Source: a virus
Lineage: Duplodnaviria; Caudoviricetes
DNA: 42,070 nucleotides
Reading direction: 5' to 3' (one strand)
IMG/VR virus record: IMGVR_UViG_3300033067_001197
Span: 1 to 42,070 of that record
Under the pieces are notes generated by a model that had not been told where the DNA came from, made no database searches, and worked only from the letters and a program-made list of their open reading frames with translations. Below, piece by piece: positions 8,076-18,139 of this stretch (position 1 is the first letter of the stretch; each line of letters opens with the position of its first letter). Position numbers and translations under genes: made by a program.

Positions 8076-8256
8076 AGTCATATTCATATCACCCCAAATT
8101 TTGAACCTAAGATTTTTAGCCAGAGGGTGCCCCACCCACAAGCAATACCGTGGAAAGGGACCAGTGAGGGCTACATGGTGTAGTGATTGTTTGAGAATCA
8201 GGGCATTAGCAATTGAGCTAGGGATTTGGGAGGGAATTGATGGAATTAGATTTTAA
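8068..8256 (+). CDS. small zinc-finger-like protein
   Basis: CPTH..Y.G..CSDC; GGAGG SD before ATG 8068. Confidence 0.65.
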   Translation: MDRVIFISPQILNLRFLARGCPTHKQYRGKGPVRATWCSDCLRIRALAIELGIWEGIDGIRF

Positions 8257-8476
8257 AGGCACATGGCGAACACGTAATTACAACACCGCCTACGTGGAAG
8301 CATTCGAGAAAGATTTATGGAGCGGCGATATTGACGGTTACTCGTTTTGCTGGGATAAGGATGGAAAGGTAGATGCCGCCGCTAGTAACTTTAAAGGAGA
8401 GAGCGAGGGGTTTGATTTAATGGAGCGAATCTCCGAACGGTGGTCCTCAGAGAGAAGTGGAGGTGAGAACGGATGA
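8240..8476 (+). CDS. hypothetical protein
   Basis: GGAGG SD; WRTRN..W..DG..FDLMER pattern. Confidence 0.7.
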   Translation: MELDFKGTWRTRNYNTAYVEAFEKDLWSGDIDGYSFCWDKDGKVDAAASNFKGESEGFDLMERISERWSSERSGGENG

Positions 8477-8616
8477 CGCCAGAGTGTAAACCAAATGGAT
8501 GGCACGAAGTATTTGCAGTACTAGTACTACTAGGAATCCTAGCGGGAGGTATTCAATGCGGCGAAATGATCGGAAATCTTTTGATCCGCCTAATGAATTA
8601 CTTTTCCACATTCTAA
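8473..8616 (+). CDS. small membrane protein, 47 aa
   Basis: Translated by hand; GGAGG SD and ATGA overlap; VFAVLVLLGILAGGI hydrophobic segment. Confidence 0.6.
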   Translation: MTPECKPNGWHEVFAVLVLLGILAGGIQCGEMIGNLLIRLMNYFSTF

Positions 8617-8771
8617 CCATAGACCACGTGGAGGCAGAATGGGAAGTGTGGGGGCACACTAAGGAAGAGGCGATTAAAAATTTAAACTCGGGGCACGGAT
8701 TCAAACGGGTTCTATCCGTTGAGCGGGAGATTATAGGGGAGGTGAAGGAAAATGACGCTGGAAGAGATTGA
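8556..8771 (+). CDS. hypothetical protein
   Basis: GGAGGT SD before ATG 8556; V.GHTKEEAI motif. Confidence 0.65.
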   Translation: MRRNDRKSFDPPNELLFHILTIDHVEAEWEVWGHTKEEAIKNLNSGHGFKRVLSVEREIIGEVKENDAGRD

Positions 8772-8940
8772 GGTGAAGATTGAAGAACTTGAGGACCTAT
8801 GTAGTGACTTAAGGTGGGAAAGAAAGGAACTTGAGAAGGCGATAGTTGAGATTTCGGAGAGACTTTTAGATGTAGGTAGGAAATGGGCGGAATTGAAGGC
8901 CCAAAGGCAGGCCCTTTCAGGAGTTGCGCCCCAGGAGTAA
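8752..8940 (+). CDS. small coiled-coil protein
   Basis: Heptad L/I pattern; GGAGGT/AAGG SD. Confidence 0.7.
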   Translation: MTLEEIEVKIEELEDLCSDLRWERKELEKAIVEISERLLDVGRKWAELKAQRQALSGVAPQE

Positions 8941-8953
8941 AAATTGCTACACT
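8924..8953 (+). promoter_or_regulatory. sigma70-type promoter, probably leaderless transcript
   Basis: TTGCGC-N18-TACACT with extended TG; ATG 8 nt downstream. Confidence 0.5.
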
Positions 8954-8961
8954 AAAGGGGT

Positions 8962-9285
8962 ATGCCTAAGAAAGTCAAAAAGTTAATAACAGAACGGGAC
9001 AACCCCGCCCGCGTAACACGAAATGAAGTAACCGTAGCACTCAATAACGCACTTGCGTTTAGTCAGAATTTCCTAGAATCTTATCTCGATGACGCGCAAA
9101 GGATGATGAAGGTGGATGGGAATGGGAAGAAGATTAAGGGAATCTCTGCGAGAGCCCTTAGGAGTTATACAACAGAATTGGTGAAGCCACTTTTAGAGAT
9201 GGTTGAGGAGAGGTTGATTTTGAAGGAAGAACTGATCGTAGCTCTGGTGGCCGCTGCGATGATGGTTAACCAGAAGGAGATTTAA
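8962..9285 (+). CDS. hypothetical helical protein
   Basis: ORF with its own putative promoter. Confidence 0.7.
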   Translation: MPKKVKKLITERDNPARVTRNEVTVALNNALAFSQNFLESYLDDAQRMMKVDGNGKKIKGISARALRSYTTELVKPLLEMVEERLILKEELIVALVAAAMMVNQKEI

Positions 9286-9298
9286 ATTCTAAAGGAAT

Positions 9299-9454
9299 AT
9301 GACAAAAGATGACGTAGACAAACTTATTGGCTATTTTCGACGCCCATTTCCAAAACAATCCTATTTCATAACCAGCATCTCAGATGGTATTGCAGAGGAG
9401 TTGGAATTAGAGCCTGGGCTGTATGAACTTGTACTAGAAGAAAAGGAAGACTAG
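9299..9454 (+). CDS. small acidic protein, 51 aa
   Basis: Translated by hand; AAAGGA SD; fills the gap. Confidence 0.6.
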   Translation: MTKDDVDKLIGYFRRPFPKQSYFITSISDGIAEELELEPGLYELVLEEKED

Positions 9455-9460
9455 ACAAAG

Positions 9461-10249
9461 GTGAAAAAATTTGTTGCCCTCTTCGACATCCACTTTGGAT
9501 GGGAGAAGCAATACGATGTTAACAGCGGGAAATTCAAGGAGAAACCAACACATGACCTAAAGTTTTTGGCGAAAATCGCCCACTTCATTTCTGACTTTCG
9601 CCCGGACTATTGCATCCTTGGCGGGGATCAATTCAACTTCGATGCACTTCGTAATAACCGAAGGGGCCAAGCGGAGGGGTTAGCGAAGGGGGAAGGGGAC
9701 ATCCAGCGCACTTATAATGTGGCGCGGGATAACCTATTTACTCCTTTAGGTCGCTATCCATGGATGAAAAAAATCGTCATCCGAGGGAACCATGACCAAA
9801 GACTTGAGCGTTATATCAGGAATAATCCTGAGTGGTCCGGCCTCATTGAACCACAACAGTATTGCAATTTGGTTACAGAAGATTGGAAATTCCTCAACTA
9901 TGGGGATATCTTCAAATTAGGGAAACTCCACTTCCTACACGGGGAGCAACTTAAATGTAGCGCGGTGGATTCCGCAAAGAGAGCGGCTCTTCGTTACTAC
10001 AAGAATGTTCGCTTCGGCCATTTCCACACCTATGCAGCCGCCACGATGTACTCCGCAATAGATGAGGAAGTGAAAACTGCCATATCAGTTCCGTGTTGTT
10101 GTGTGCGGGATATGGATTGGATGGGGAAGGCACCCAACACGTGGATTCAAGGGTTTAATTATGGGTATATTTTCCCCAATGGTTCGTTTCAGGATTATGT
10201 GGTGATAAGGGGAAGAGATTCTTTTGTGGCGGAAGGGAAGGAGTATTAA
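9461..10249 (+). CDS. calcineurin-like metallophosphoesterase
   Basis: DIH, GGD, GNHD, HG and GHFH motifs in canonical order. Confidence 0.9.
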   Translation: MKKFVALFDIHFGWEKQYDVNSGKFKEKPTHDLKFLAKIAHFISDFRPDYCILGGDQFNFDALRNNRRGQAEGLAKGEGDIQRTYNVARDNLFTPLGRYPWMKKIVIRGNHDQRLERYIRNNPEWSGLIEPQQYCNLVTEDWKFLNYGDIFKLGKLHFLHGEQLKCSAVDSAKRAALRYYKNVRFGHFHTYAAATMYSAIDEEVKTAISVPCCCVRDMDWMGKAPNTWIQGFNYGYIFPNGSFQDYVVIRGRDSFVAEGKEY

Positions 10250-10393
10250 ATGTGTGACTTTGCAGATGCCTTGTTTAAAAGGTGTATGGCCGTAACCATA
10301 GTTGGCCTAACAGTGGTGGTAATCTGTTATGCGAGAGTAATGTTAACTACTATGTGGAAAGAAAGGTGGTTTAGGAAAGATGGAAAAATTTAA
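10250..10393 (+). CDS. small membrane protein, 47 aa
   Basis: Translated by hand; AAGGAG SD; MAVTIVGLTVVVICYA segment. Confidence 0.55.
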   Translation: MCDFADALFKRCMAVTIVGLTVVVICYARVMLTTMWKERWFRKDGKI

Positions 10394-10550
10394 TGCCTAC
10401 CTCTCAGTGGCACTGTTTGTTCTGATGAGTTTTCTCGCTTACAAGGTGGGCTCCTTAGAGGTGCGGCTCGACCAAACAAACGGTGTCGTAAGGGATGTTG
10501 TGAATTTTATTAATAAACCCCCACAAGTGCCCCCATCGGCGGGAAAATAG
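10380..10550 (+). CDS. small membrane-anchored protein, 56 aa
   Basis: Translated by hand; AYLSVALFVLMSFLAY segment. Confidence 0.6.
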   Translation: MEKFNAYLSVALFVLMSFLAYKVGSLEVRLDQTNGVVRDVVNFINKPPQVPPSAGK

Positions 10551-10565
10551 GATAAGGAAAACCAA

Positions 10566-10811
10566 ATGGCAAAACAGAAGGATGTCACAATTGTAGTGGC
10601 GGATGACTGGGAGGGATTGTATGTTGACGGCAAGCTGATTTGCGAGGATTCAGCATTACTGCATTTCGCTGATCTACTAAGCGCGGTACGCATCAAATAT
10701 GATGAAGTTGATTGTGACGAAGATTGGTTTTTTGACTACGGTGGAAGACTGCCAGATAAGCTAGAAGATGTAGTTTTGTACGGGACAAAGAAAGGTAATG
10801 AGAATGACTAA
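10566..10811 (+). CDS. hypothetical phage protein
   Basis: DDWEGLYVDGKL..LPDKLEDV; AAGGA SD. Confidence 0.75.
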   Translation: MAKQKDVTIVVADDWEGLYVDGKLICEDSALLHFADLLSAVRIKYDEVDCDEDWFFDYGGRLPDKLEDVVLYGTKKGNEND

Positions 10812-11229
10812 AGAACAATTTGACGAAAGTTTAGCGAAGAAAGCCGCCTCAGTTCTTCGCCTTCTACGTGAAAAGGGAGTGGGATATAACCCCACTCTAG
10901 GGACCCCCGAATACGATCCGTTTTATAACTACGGATTGTCCTCAGAACTGGTGGGCATCACCCAGGAACAATCCATGATGGCGAGAATGGGGGAGAAGAT
11001 CATCCGTTTACGGAATATCCTCACAAACCCCGAACGGGCGGGCAAGGAATCCATTGATGAGACTTGTTCTGACATCGTGGGTATTGCCTTGCTGGTGTGG
11101 GCTTCCACAGAAACTTTAAGTGAAGAAATTGAAGGCTCTTTGGTTCCCCCCGAGTTACCCCCATTTAGCGAAAAATTAACCGAGGGAAACGGAGTACTTT
11201 CAACCCTGGTGAATTGGGCGAAAAAGTAA
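10804..11229 (+). CDS. DUF1599 / nucleotide-modification-associated domain 1 (Nmad1)-like protein
   Basis: EKG.GY..DPFYNY..RMGEKI.RL.N..ESIDET.SDI.G.A pattern. Confidence 0.7.
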   Translation: MTKEQFDESLAKKAASVLRLLREKGVGYNPTLGTPEYDPFYNYGLSSELVGITQEQSMMARMGEKIIRLRNILTNPERAGKESIDETCSDIVGIALLVWASTETLSEEIEGSLVPPELPPFSEKLTEGNGVLSTLVNWAKK

Positions 11230-11250
11230 AAGATTAACAAGTGTTAATTT

Positions 11251-12165
11251 TTGATGAAAGGGGGTATTTTGGCGGAAAAGAAGAAGTGGCCCCAAAAGCT
11301 CGCCGAGTTACTTGATAAGACTTTTGAGAGAAATCAATTTTGGATCGAACCGGGAATCCTACCCAAGGGAGGCACAATGCTTTTCGGCGGTGCAGCAGCC
11401 ATCGGGAAGAGCTTTGTGCTCCTTGAAATAGCAAGAGCGCTAGCAACCGGAACTCGTCCATTTGATTCCTCTCTCTTCAGTGTCCCACAGAAGGCGAAGG
11501 TTTTAGTAATCGAGCAAGAACTCGGGGAGCGGGAATTACAAGAAAGATCATCACAAACATTCGCAAGACATAAGCCACTACAATACTCAGAAAATCTATA
11601 CTACCTAAGCAAAGTACCTGAAATGCAACTAAACGAAGCGGAGGGGGCCAAGTATCTACATGAGGCGATTGGTAAAGTGGAGCCGAATATAGTAATGCTC
11701 GACCCCATTTCGATGTTTCACCACTATGATGAGAATTCAAATTCTGAAATAGGAGAACTCTTTCGTAGACTAGAAAAAATAAAAGAATCTTACGCGAACT
11801 TAGATTTATCCTTCATCATCACCCATCACTTCAGGAAGCCATCTACTTCAACATGGAATAAGCCCGATCCGCTTTCACCCTATAACTTCAGTGGCTCCCA
11901 GAGGTGGTTCAATACCCCCGATACGCGAGTTACGTTTAACCGAACAAAGAACCTCGCGGATGGGAGTGGATGGTTTTTGGAATCGAGGTGGATTCCACGA
12001 ATGGGAAAGCAGCTTGAGGACATCACGTTTTTGATTACCCCAAATAACGAAGAAGCCCAAGTGAGAATTCATTCGGGAGGTGGGGATAAAGACGGAGTGG
12101 AGAGTAAAAAACCCCTCCCGATGGTGGCCCGTAAGACGGTAAAGAGAGAGGAGGATATAGATTAA
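11251..12165 (+). CDS. RepA-like (AAA_25) helicase (start possibly TTG 11269)
   Basis: Walker A GAAAIGKS, VIEQE, Walker B VMLDP, THHFRK, SGS. Confidence 0.85.
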   Translation: MMKGGILAEKKKWPQKLAELLDKTFERNQFWIEPGILPKGGTMLFGGAAAIGKSFVLLEIARALATGTRPFDSSLFSVPQKAKVLVIEQELGERELQERSSQTFARHKPLQYSENLYYLSKVPEMQLNEAEGAKYLHEAIGKVEPNIVMLDPISMFHHYDENSNSEIGELFRRLEKIKESYANLDLSFIITHHFRKPSTSTWNKPDPLSPYNFSGSQRWFNTPDTRVTFNRTKNLADGSGWFLESRWIPRMGKQLEDITFLITPNNEEAQVRIHSGGGDKDGVESKKPLPMVARKTVKREEDID

Positions 12166-12167
12166 AC

Positions 12168-12205
12168 AAAGCCCCCAAGGGAAGAGATTCCTAAGGGGGC
12201 TTTTT
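12168..12205. terminator. bidirectional rho-independent terminator
   Basis: AAAGCCCCC...GGGGGCTTTTT between the convergent arms. Confidence 0.85.
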
Positions 12206-12210
12206 AATTT

Positions 12211-14391
12211 TTAAAATGGAGGGGAAACAATCTTCCACTTAGACTTGTCTTTTCGTTCTTCCTCATAGCGACGTTTGAGTTTATCCATAATACTCTCTTC
12301 CTTAGCTTCCTTTGGAATAACATCCGCTTCCTTTTCTGCTTTCGTAGGAGTCGTATCCCCCAATCTGCGGATACTGATTGGAAGGGCTTCTAGTGGCACT
12401 CCTTTTCGCTCCAATGCGGCCCCAATGATATCATCAGGATCTAAATCTGAAAATTTAAATCGTTTTGCAATTTGGGCGCGATCTTTAATTTTCCCATTCG
12501 CATATTCCGCTTTCGCGTCCTTGATTGTGTTGCTTAGTGAGCTAACGCGGGGGGCCACATAATCCCCCACTAAAGTCCCAATAACTTCCGTGTCCTTAGG
12601 AGTATATCCCTTACGAAGTAGATACCCCTCCATCTTCTTAGTAATCGCCATTGTTAACATCGTCGTAAGGGCAACGGTGGGGGCATCAGTTCCACGAGGA
12701 AGCATAGTTTTAATACGATCCATTTCCTGTCCTAACGCTTGCAAACCAGTGGCGTCTTTTTGGATATCAAATCCAAGAGAGGACATGAAGTTTTTAAACT
12801 GCGTTCGGAACTGCATCGTTTTTTCATCTTGCCCCATTCCTGGAAACATTCTACGGAGTTCGTAGTCGGTATCGTCCCCATCGATTCCTAGAATGAATCC
12901 TTTTAGATTCTTGGGCGCGATAGCATCCACAGCACGATAGGCTTTTGCTCCCAAAGAATTGCCCACGGAAAAGACCTTATCTAAGGTACCATCAACAGCG
13001 GCTTCCATCATCATAGAGGTAGCTCCATCAAGTTTATTGCGAAGATTTGATGCGAGTTCTTGCTGTTTACGTGATTCGCTTCCCCCACCAGTTCCCTCAA
13101 AACCTTTTGCCGCACGGGGGTTCCAGTCAATTTTATAACGCTTCCCTAGGAGGATATCTTTACGATCTTCTTCTGAGATTTTTGGATTAAGCGCCGCACT
13201 AGCCCGCATTGCATTAGAATTTGCGTCCTGAGTATTTGTGAGAGCTTGATTCACAATACTCTGTGGTTTCGTCGCTTTATTTTGTGTAACTGTTTTTGCG
13301 GCGCTACGTAGGGTTTCCACTGGATTAGCCGTCGTAGTTTGTGTTGTCGCCACTGAAGGGCTACTTAGCATTCCTGTTAAGAATTTAATAGGATCAATCG
13401 CAGGTGCGCCTCCACGCGTGGTAGTAGAGGTAACTGGTGCGCCCCGGACTTCCACATCATTCCCATTCGCATCCTTCGTCCAATGGATATTAGGCCGAGT
13501 AGTGGAGGAAGTTTGCCCTCCTTGAGGCTTGAACATGTTCCCAACAGCTTGCCGAAACATCGCATTTTCTCGCCCCTTGGCTTCCATTTGGGCGGCTTTC
13601 TCTGGGTCAGTCTTACGGAGATTTTCAATGACTGCGGCCCAAGCGTTATCTTGCCCCACACCAAAGGGAACGAAGTATTGGTTTTGTTTGCTCTTGAGCG
13701 CCGCCTCTTGATCTAAGACATTCCCGCGTTTAGAATTTAAATCAATCCCGCTTTGCGTTCGAGCGGCCTCAAGAAACGCCTTCAGTTGACCAAGATTTGA
13801 TTGCTGCGTGATCTTAGCCTCATCTCCCGCGAGTTTTCCCGCCTCAGTTGTGGCCTTGATATTCTGATCCCCTCTCTTGAGAGAAAGTACATTCTGGGCC
13901 GCCATCGCGCGTTGAATCTCGCTCCCTTGGTCCTTAAGGAGATTATCAAGTCCGTTCCGAGCCTGAGTTTGAATCGTCTCCGCAATTTTACGATCTCTTC
14001 CCGCGCCGTCGCCTAAAGCGTAATCTAGGTTACGGAAGAAATTGCCAATCTTAGATTTTCCCGCGCGATCTTCGGCCTTGAATTCCTTCGCCATTTGCCC
14101 CGGAGTTCGCTCTACGATCATATCAGCGAGAGGGTCTGTGGGGTCAATGGTTTTCTTATAAAGGAGCCCCGTTAGGTATTGAAGCGCGTCGTTTCGGTTA
14201 TCAAGATTTGAAGTGAGGCGTTTTTTGTACGAAGCGATTTCCTCAGGGGAAAGATTCATCGCCTCGGGTTGGGAGGAGGAGCCCATCTCACTTAATCGTT
14301 TCCGATGTTCCGCAAGTTGGGACATGAGAAGTTCTTGAGCTTTGCGTTGCTCCTCTTGTTGTTTAAGAATCTGTTCTAAATCAATTGGCAT
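12211..14391 (-). CDS. probable internal virion (DNA ejection) protein
   Basis: Large, helical, Q/A/K-rich; last gene of the late arm. Confidence 0.55.
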   Translation of the reverse strand: MPIDLEQILKQQEEQRKAQELLMSQLAEHRKRLSEMGSSSQPEAMNLSPEEIASYKKRLTSNLDNRNDALQYLTGLLYKKTIDPTDPLADMIVERTPGQMAKEFKAEDRAGKSKIGNFFRNLDYALGDGAGRDRKIAETIQTQARNGLDNLLKDQGSEIQRAMAAQNVLSLKRGDQNIKATTEAGKLAGDEAKITQQSNLGQLKAFLEAARTQSGIDLNSKRGNVLDQEAALKSKQNQYFVPFGVGQDNAWAAVIENLRKTDPEKAAQMEAKGRENAMFRQAVGNMFKPQGGQTSSTTRPNIHWTKDANGNDVEVRGAPVTSTTTRGGAPAIDPIKFLTGMLSSPSVATTQTTTANPVETLRSAAKTVTQNKATKPQSIVNQALTNTQDANSNAMRASAALNPKISEEDRKDILLGKRYKIDWNPRAAKGFEGTGGGSESRKQQELASNLRNKLDGATSMMMEAAVDGTLDKVFSVGNSLGAKAYRAVDAIAPKNLKGFILGIDGDDTDYELRRMFPGMGQDEKTMQFRTQFKNFMSSLGFDIQKDATGLQALGQEMDRIKTMLPRGTDAPTVALTTMLTMAITKKMEGYLLRKGYTPKDTEVIGTLVGDYVAPRVSSLSNTIKDAKAEYANGKIKDRAQIAKRFKFSDLDPDDIIGAALERKGVPLEALPISIRRLGDTTPTKAEKEADVIPKEAKEESIMDKLKRRYEEERKDKSKWKIVSPPF

Positions 14392-14394
14392 CGC

Positions 14395-17076
14395 TTAGCG
14401 TCCTCCAAACAAGCCCGCGTAGTTACCCATCAATCCTTGCGCCCCGAGAAGGTAATTTCCCATCAAATCTAAAACCCCCGTGTATGGTGCGGTTCCGAGT
14501 TGCCAGGATTGGTTGTTTGCCGTTAACCCACCCGCAAGGTTTTTCAAATAATCATTAAACGAAGTGTTCATCAAAGTGCGGTTATTAAGATCGTTATTCG
14601 CAAATCCTAGGGCGGTATTTCCATAGTTATCAACCGCACCTTGACGAGTTTGGGCGAGGTTTGCCCCGATTTGTCCCATACCAAGTCCATAAGCCTGCTG
14701 ATCTTTTAGGACATTTCCCGCACTATCAAGAAATCCTCTCATGTTCGTGAGCCCCTGATTCGTCATATTCGCCCCAAGGCCCATTCTTGCGGTGGCGTCA
14801 TCCGTTGTCGTCTTAAATATATTTGCATAGTTCGCGAGACGATCATTCGCAATTCCCAAGGCACCCGTTGAGATACCGAGAGCCTTATTCATGTTATCGA
14901 TGGCGGAATTGTAACCCGTCATTCCAGCATTCATACCCCCCATTCCGGTGCTCATGATATCTGCCCCCGCTCCCATTCCTGCGCCAAAACGTGAGGCGGC
15001 ATTGTTTCCCGCACTATTCACAAGGGAGGTATAGTTATCCATCATGTTATTCCCCCGTGAAGTGATTTGCCCCGAAGCATCCCCAAGCGCACCGAGAACA
15101 CTTGTCATTGCGTTATTCCGCTGTGTTCCGTATTGGCCGAGTTGACCGAGGGCATCCGAAGCGGCCCCCAAGTTGGCGTTGTATTGCTGCTGACCCCTAC
15201 CAGCGGCGGCACTCATCGCATCTAAGTAGTTCTTTTGCGACGCCGAATTTGCGTTCATAATATCCGCAAGTGATCCCAAACCCGCAACTTGGGATTGAAC
15301 ATTCTGCCCCCGTTGTGTTGTGGCGCTTCCCATCAATCCACCAAAGATTGAGGCCGCCAATTCTGCGAGTCCTTTATTATTCTGAGCATTCGCAATTTGA
15401 GCCTGGAGAGATCGACCCGCTGCGGAATCCGCGAGTTGAGCGTTCGCAGTTGAGGCCCGTAAAGCATTCTCAGAATCCGCGATATTCATGTTGCCAAAAA
15501 TTTGCTCCCTTCCCAGTTTGATCTGAGCAAGAGCTTTCGCCAAATCGCTTTGCTGCCCACTCCGCGCAAGTTTCATCTCGGAGTTCTTCATCAGCGCATC
15601 CTGAACGCTCTTCGCTTGGAGGGCCATCGCTTCATCGGCAAAGGATTTGATTGCAGAATCCGCGTTCCCAGAGGCAATCGTAGGTGCTGGACCGTTGAGT
15701 TTTTGCGCCCGCTGTTGTGCCGCCAAAGCCGCTTGTCTCGCCGCTGTTCCGGCGTTATCTCGCGCAAAACTCATCACTTCCTGATCGCCCATCAATGGAT
15801 TCTTTTCGAACTCCGCGAGAGCCTTTTCTAAAGAGGCTTGAATTTGGGGATCAACGGGGCCTAAATCACGGCTCATAGGACTATAACTAACCGAGCCCCC
15901 ACCGCCACCACCAGCGGAGATAGAATTCATAAACCCACCCCCACCACTCATCAATTGGCTCATGAGATCATTACCCTGTGAGGCGAACTGGGAGAACCAC
16001 GGAGCGAGGGCGTTGATATCCTGTCCCGCCGCACCTTGGGCAAGATCCATATTTTCCGCAAAACCAGGAGCGTTTCCAAATGCGCCCAAAGAGGAGGCAT
16101 TGATAATTCCTTGATCGTTCGCGGAGATATTGGGGCGATTCAAAAAGTTCGCTAAGGTTGCCTGTGTAGTATCAAAACCCTGCTGAGTAAAGGGATTATT
16201 CATCAGCCCATTAACAGCTTGTTGCCCCGTCGCACCAAGGACACTCATGGGATCTTGGGCAAAGAAATCCCGCATCCCATTAATCCCCGCCATTCCGGTT
16301 TGGAACTGCTGCTGACCGTTGGGATCATATCCCCCACTGGACATCATTTGACGAATAAGGTCTTGGCCAAAACCAAGAGTCTGCTGTCCGGTTTGAGTTA
16401 GGTTATCTGCCCTTTTGATCCCCCCTTGTGCAGCGTCCCTATTAGCAAAACCAGCATCGTAGAGATTTTGGGTGTTCCCATCCATTCCTCCGTTACGGAT
16501 GAAATACCCCGCTACATCGGCGGCATTTTGCGTATACGGGGTCATTCCCCCGTTTTGCATCATGTAGCCTCCGATATCGAGGAGATTAGCAATGTAAGGA
16601 TTCGCGGTTGAACCGTGGCCCATCAGGGTATCGAATAACCCTTGAGAATTCGGTGTGGAGCCCCCATTTTGCGCAATCCCTAGAGCGGAGGTGATAGCGT
16701 CATTGAGTTGTCCTCCATTCTGCTCAAGTTGACTCCGTAAAAACTGGAGTGTTGGGTTTTGCGAAGGGTCAGCGGCGGTGTTGATTTTGTCGAAATTCGA
16801 GCGATAATCCCCGATGCCGCTGTAGAGCATATCAAGGAGGCCGCTAGATTTGCCTTCGTAGTCCTTGGATTTATCAAGGTACTCTAATAGCAATTGCTGA
16901 AACGCATTCGCCATATACCCATCAGGTAAGGCGTTATCGTTTACATAATCAAGGAGATTATTCCCCGCATTGAGGCGATCTTGGCGGGATTTGTTAAATT
17001 GTGAATTCTGGAGAATACTCCCGAGAATACTCCCGACTTGGCCGATTCCAGCGCCTACAAGTGGTCCAGCTAACAT
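14395..17076 (-). CDS. probable ejection/pilot-type internal virion protein
   Basis: G/A/N/Q/M-rich, Cys-free; N-terminal GxxxG pattern (LVGAGIGQVGSILG). Confidence 0.6.
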   Translation of the reverse strand: MLAGPLVGAGIGQVGSILGSILQNSQFNKSRQDRLNAGNNLLDYVNDNALPDGYMANAFQQLLLEYLDKSKDYEGKSSGLLDMLYSGIGDYRSNFDKINTAADPSQNPTLQFLRSQLEQNGGQLNDAITSALGIAQNGGSTPNSQGLFDTLMGHGSTANPYIANLLDIGGYMMQNGGMTPYTQNAADVAGYFIRNGGMDGNTQNLYDAGFANRDAAQGGIKRADNLTQTGQQTLGFGQDLIRQMMSSGGYDPNGQQQFQTGMAGINGMRDFFAQDPMSVLGATGQQAVNGLMNNPFTQQGFDTTQATLANFLNRPNISANDQGIINASSLGAFGNAPGFAENMDLAQGAAGQDINALAPWFSQFASQGNDLMSQLMSGGGGFMNSISAGGGGGGSVSYSPMSRDLGPVDPQIQASLEKALAEFEKNPLMGDQEVMSFARDNAGTAARQAALAAQQRAQKLNGPAPTIASGNADSAIKSFADEAMALQAKSVQDALMKNSEMKLARSGQQSDLAKALAQIKLGREQIFGNMNIADSENALRASTANAQLADSAAGRSLQAQIANAQNNKGLAELAASIFGGLMGSATTQRGQNVQSQVAGLGSLADIMNANSASQKNYLDAMSAAAGRGQQQYNANLGAASDALGQLGQYGTQRNNAMTSVLGALGDASGQITSRGNNMMDNYTSLVNSAGNNAASRFGAGMGAGADIMSTGMGGMNAGMTGYNSAIDNMNKALGISTGALGIANDRLANYANIFKTTTDDATARMGLGANMTNQGLTNMRGFLDSAGNVLKDQQAYGLGMGQIGANLAQTRQGAVDNYGNTALGFANNDLNNRTLMNTSFNDYLKNLAGGLTANNQSWQLGTAPYTGVLDLMGNYLLGAQGLMGNYAGLFGGR

Positions 17077-17091
17077 TAGATAAAAATCTCC

Positions 17092-17259
17092 TTATTCTAT
17101 TTTATCACCAAAATAACAGTCCCGGCACATACCGAAGAACGGAAGAAACTCCCCTTCGTTTTGGGGAAAGTTTTGCTCCAAAATATCCTCCTGAGAATAG
17201 GTGACACGGGAGGTTTCTTCACACTTCTTACACATGAACCGACGAGTTACAATTGCCAT
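17092..17259 (-). CDS. small CxxC...CxxC zinc-finger protein, 55 aa
   Basis: Translated by hand: MAIVTRRFMCKKC...MCRDCYFGDKIE*; AAGGAG SD. Confidence 0.7.
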   Translation of the reverse strand: MAIVTRRFMCKKCEETSRVTYSQEDILEQNFPQNEGEFLPFFGMCRDCYFGDKIE

Positions 17260-17277
17260 TGAGAGGCTCCTTTTTAA

Positions 17278-18132
17278 TTAGTAAATTCTCCACCATTGGT
17301 TCCCCCGGTGATCGCCCACTATCGTATAACTAATGAAAGGCGCGGAGGAGATGAAGGACGCGAAATTATCAATATTCTCACTCCCCCCGATGGTGATTGA
17401 ATTCGCATCGGTGGAGATTTTTTTAAAATTTAAAACCGACCCATCAGGGAAGGCTTTGACAGGGGGAAGAGTTGCAACTACACCCCCAGATGTGGTATCG
17501 AGAAAATAAGTAACCCCACCTATTGTGGGCACCTCGAAGGAGGCGGTATAGGTGGCGATTTTTGAACCAAGGGGCACAACAGTGGTGGCTACGCTTGATT
17601 GGAAATCTTTAAGGGAGACCACTCCCGAGGAATGGAGAGTTCCCACGGTGATAACCACAGGCATTCTCTGAGAGGCGGGAACAAAGATTTCCCCCGGAGA
17701 GGTATCGAATATCACCGGGGCACTATAGCGAATAAGCGTAGAGAGGTTGATGTCGTTTATATTTTGAAGCGATGAGATGCGGTTAAAATCCGCAGAGGCC
17801 CACACTTGAACCTGAACACGATCAAGAACCTCAAGAGTTTCATCATTCCATGTTAGCGTGAGTTGTGCCCCACCGATAACCGATGTATTCCGTGCGAGAG
17901 TTAACCCTGTGACATTTGGTAATCGTCTTCCTGCTCCAGGTTGAGGGAGAATCCCCCCGCCCTCAAAGGATTTATTCTGATTCAAAAGACGGTCAAAATC
18001 ACTCCCAGGAGTTTGCACTAGGGGGGTTCTATTCGCCTCGTGTTCGACTTGTTTAAGCCGCTCATCGATTTTCTTCACATACTGTGTGAGGCGATCCTCG
18101 ATGGAATTCATCACTGACGAAGGAGAGCGCAT
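17278..18132 (-). CDS. tail/fibre-attachment structural protein
   Basis: N-terminal coiled coil, Fn3-like middle, C-terminal TLP..FKKI..I.I.G..NID..W.I fibre-type module. Confidence 0.6.
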   Translation of the reverse strand: MRSPSSVMNSIEDRLTQYVKKIDERLKQVEHEANRTPLVQTPGSDFDRLLNQNKSFEGGGILPQPGAGRRLPNVTGLTLARNTSVIGGAQLTLTWNDETLEVLDRVQVQVWASADFNRISSLQNINDINLSTLIRYSAPVIFDTSPGEIFVPASQRMPVVITVGTLHSSGVVSLKDFQSSVATTVVPLGSKIATYTASFEVPTIGGVTYFLDTTSGGVVATLPPVKAFPDGSVLNFKKISTDANSITIGGSENIDNFASFISSAPFISYTIVGDHRGNQWWRIY

Positions 18133-18139
18133 TTAAATT

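Noticed and set aside
5622-11229. Z-genome (purZ/dpoZ) or deazaguanine pathway
   Set aside because: No PurZ, DatZ, QueC/D/E, FolE or DpdA-like ORF recognised in the window.
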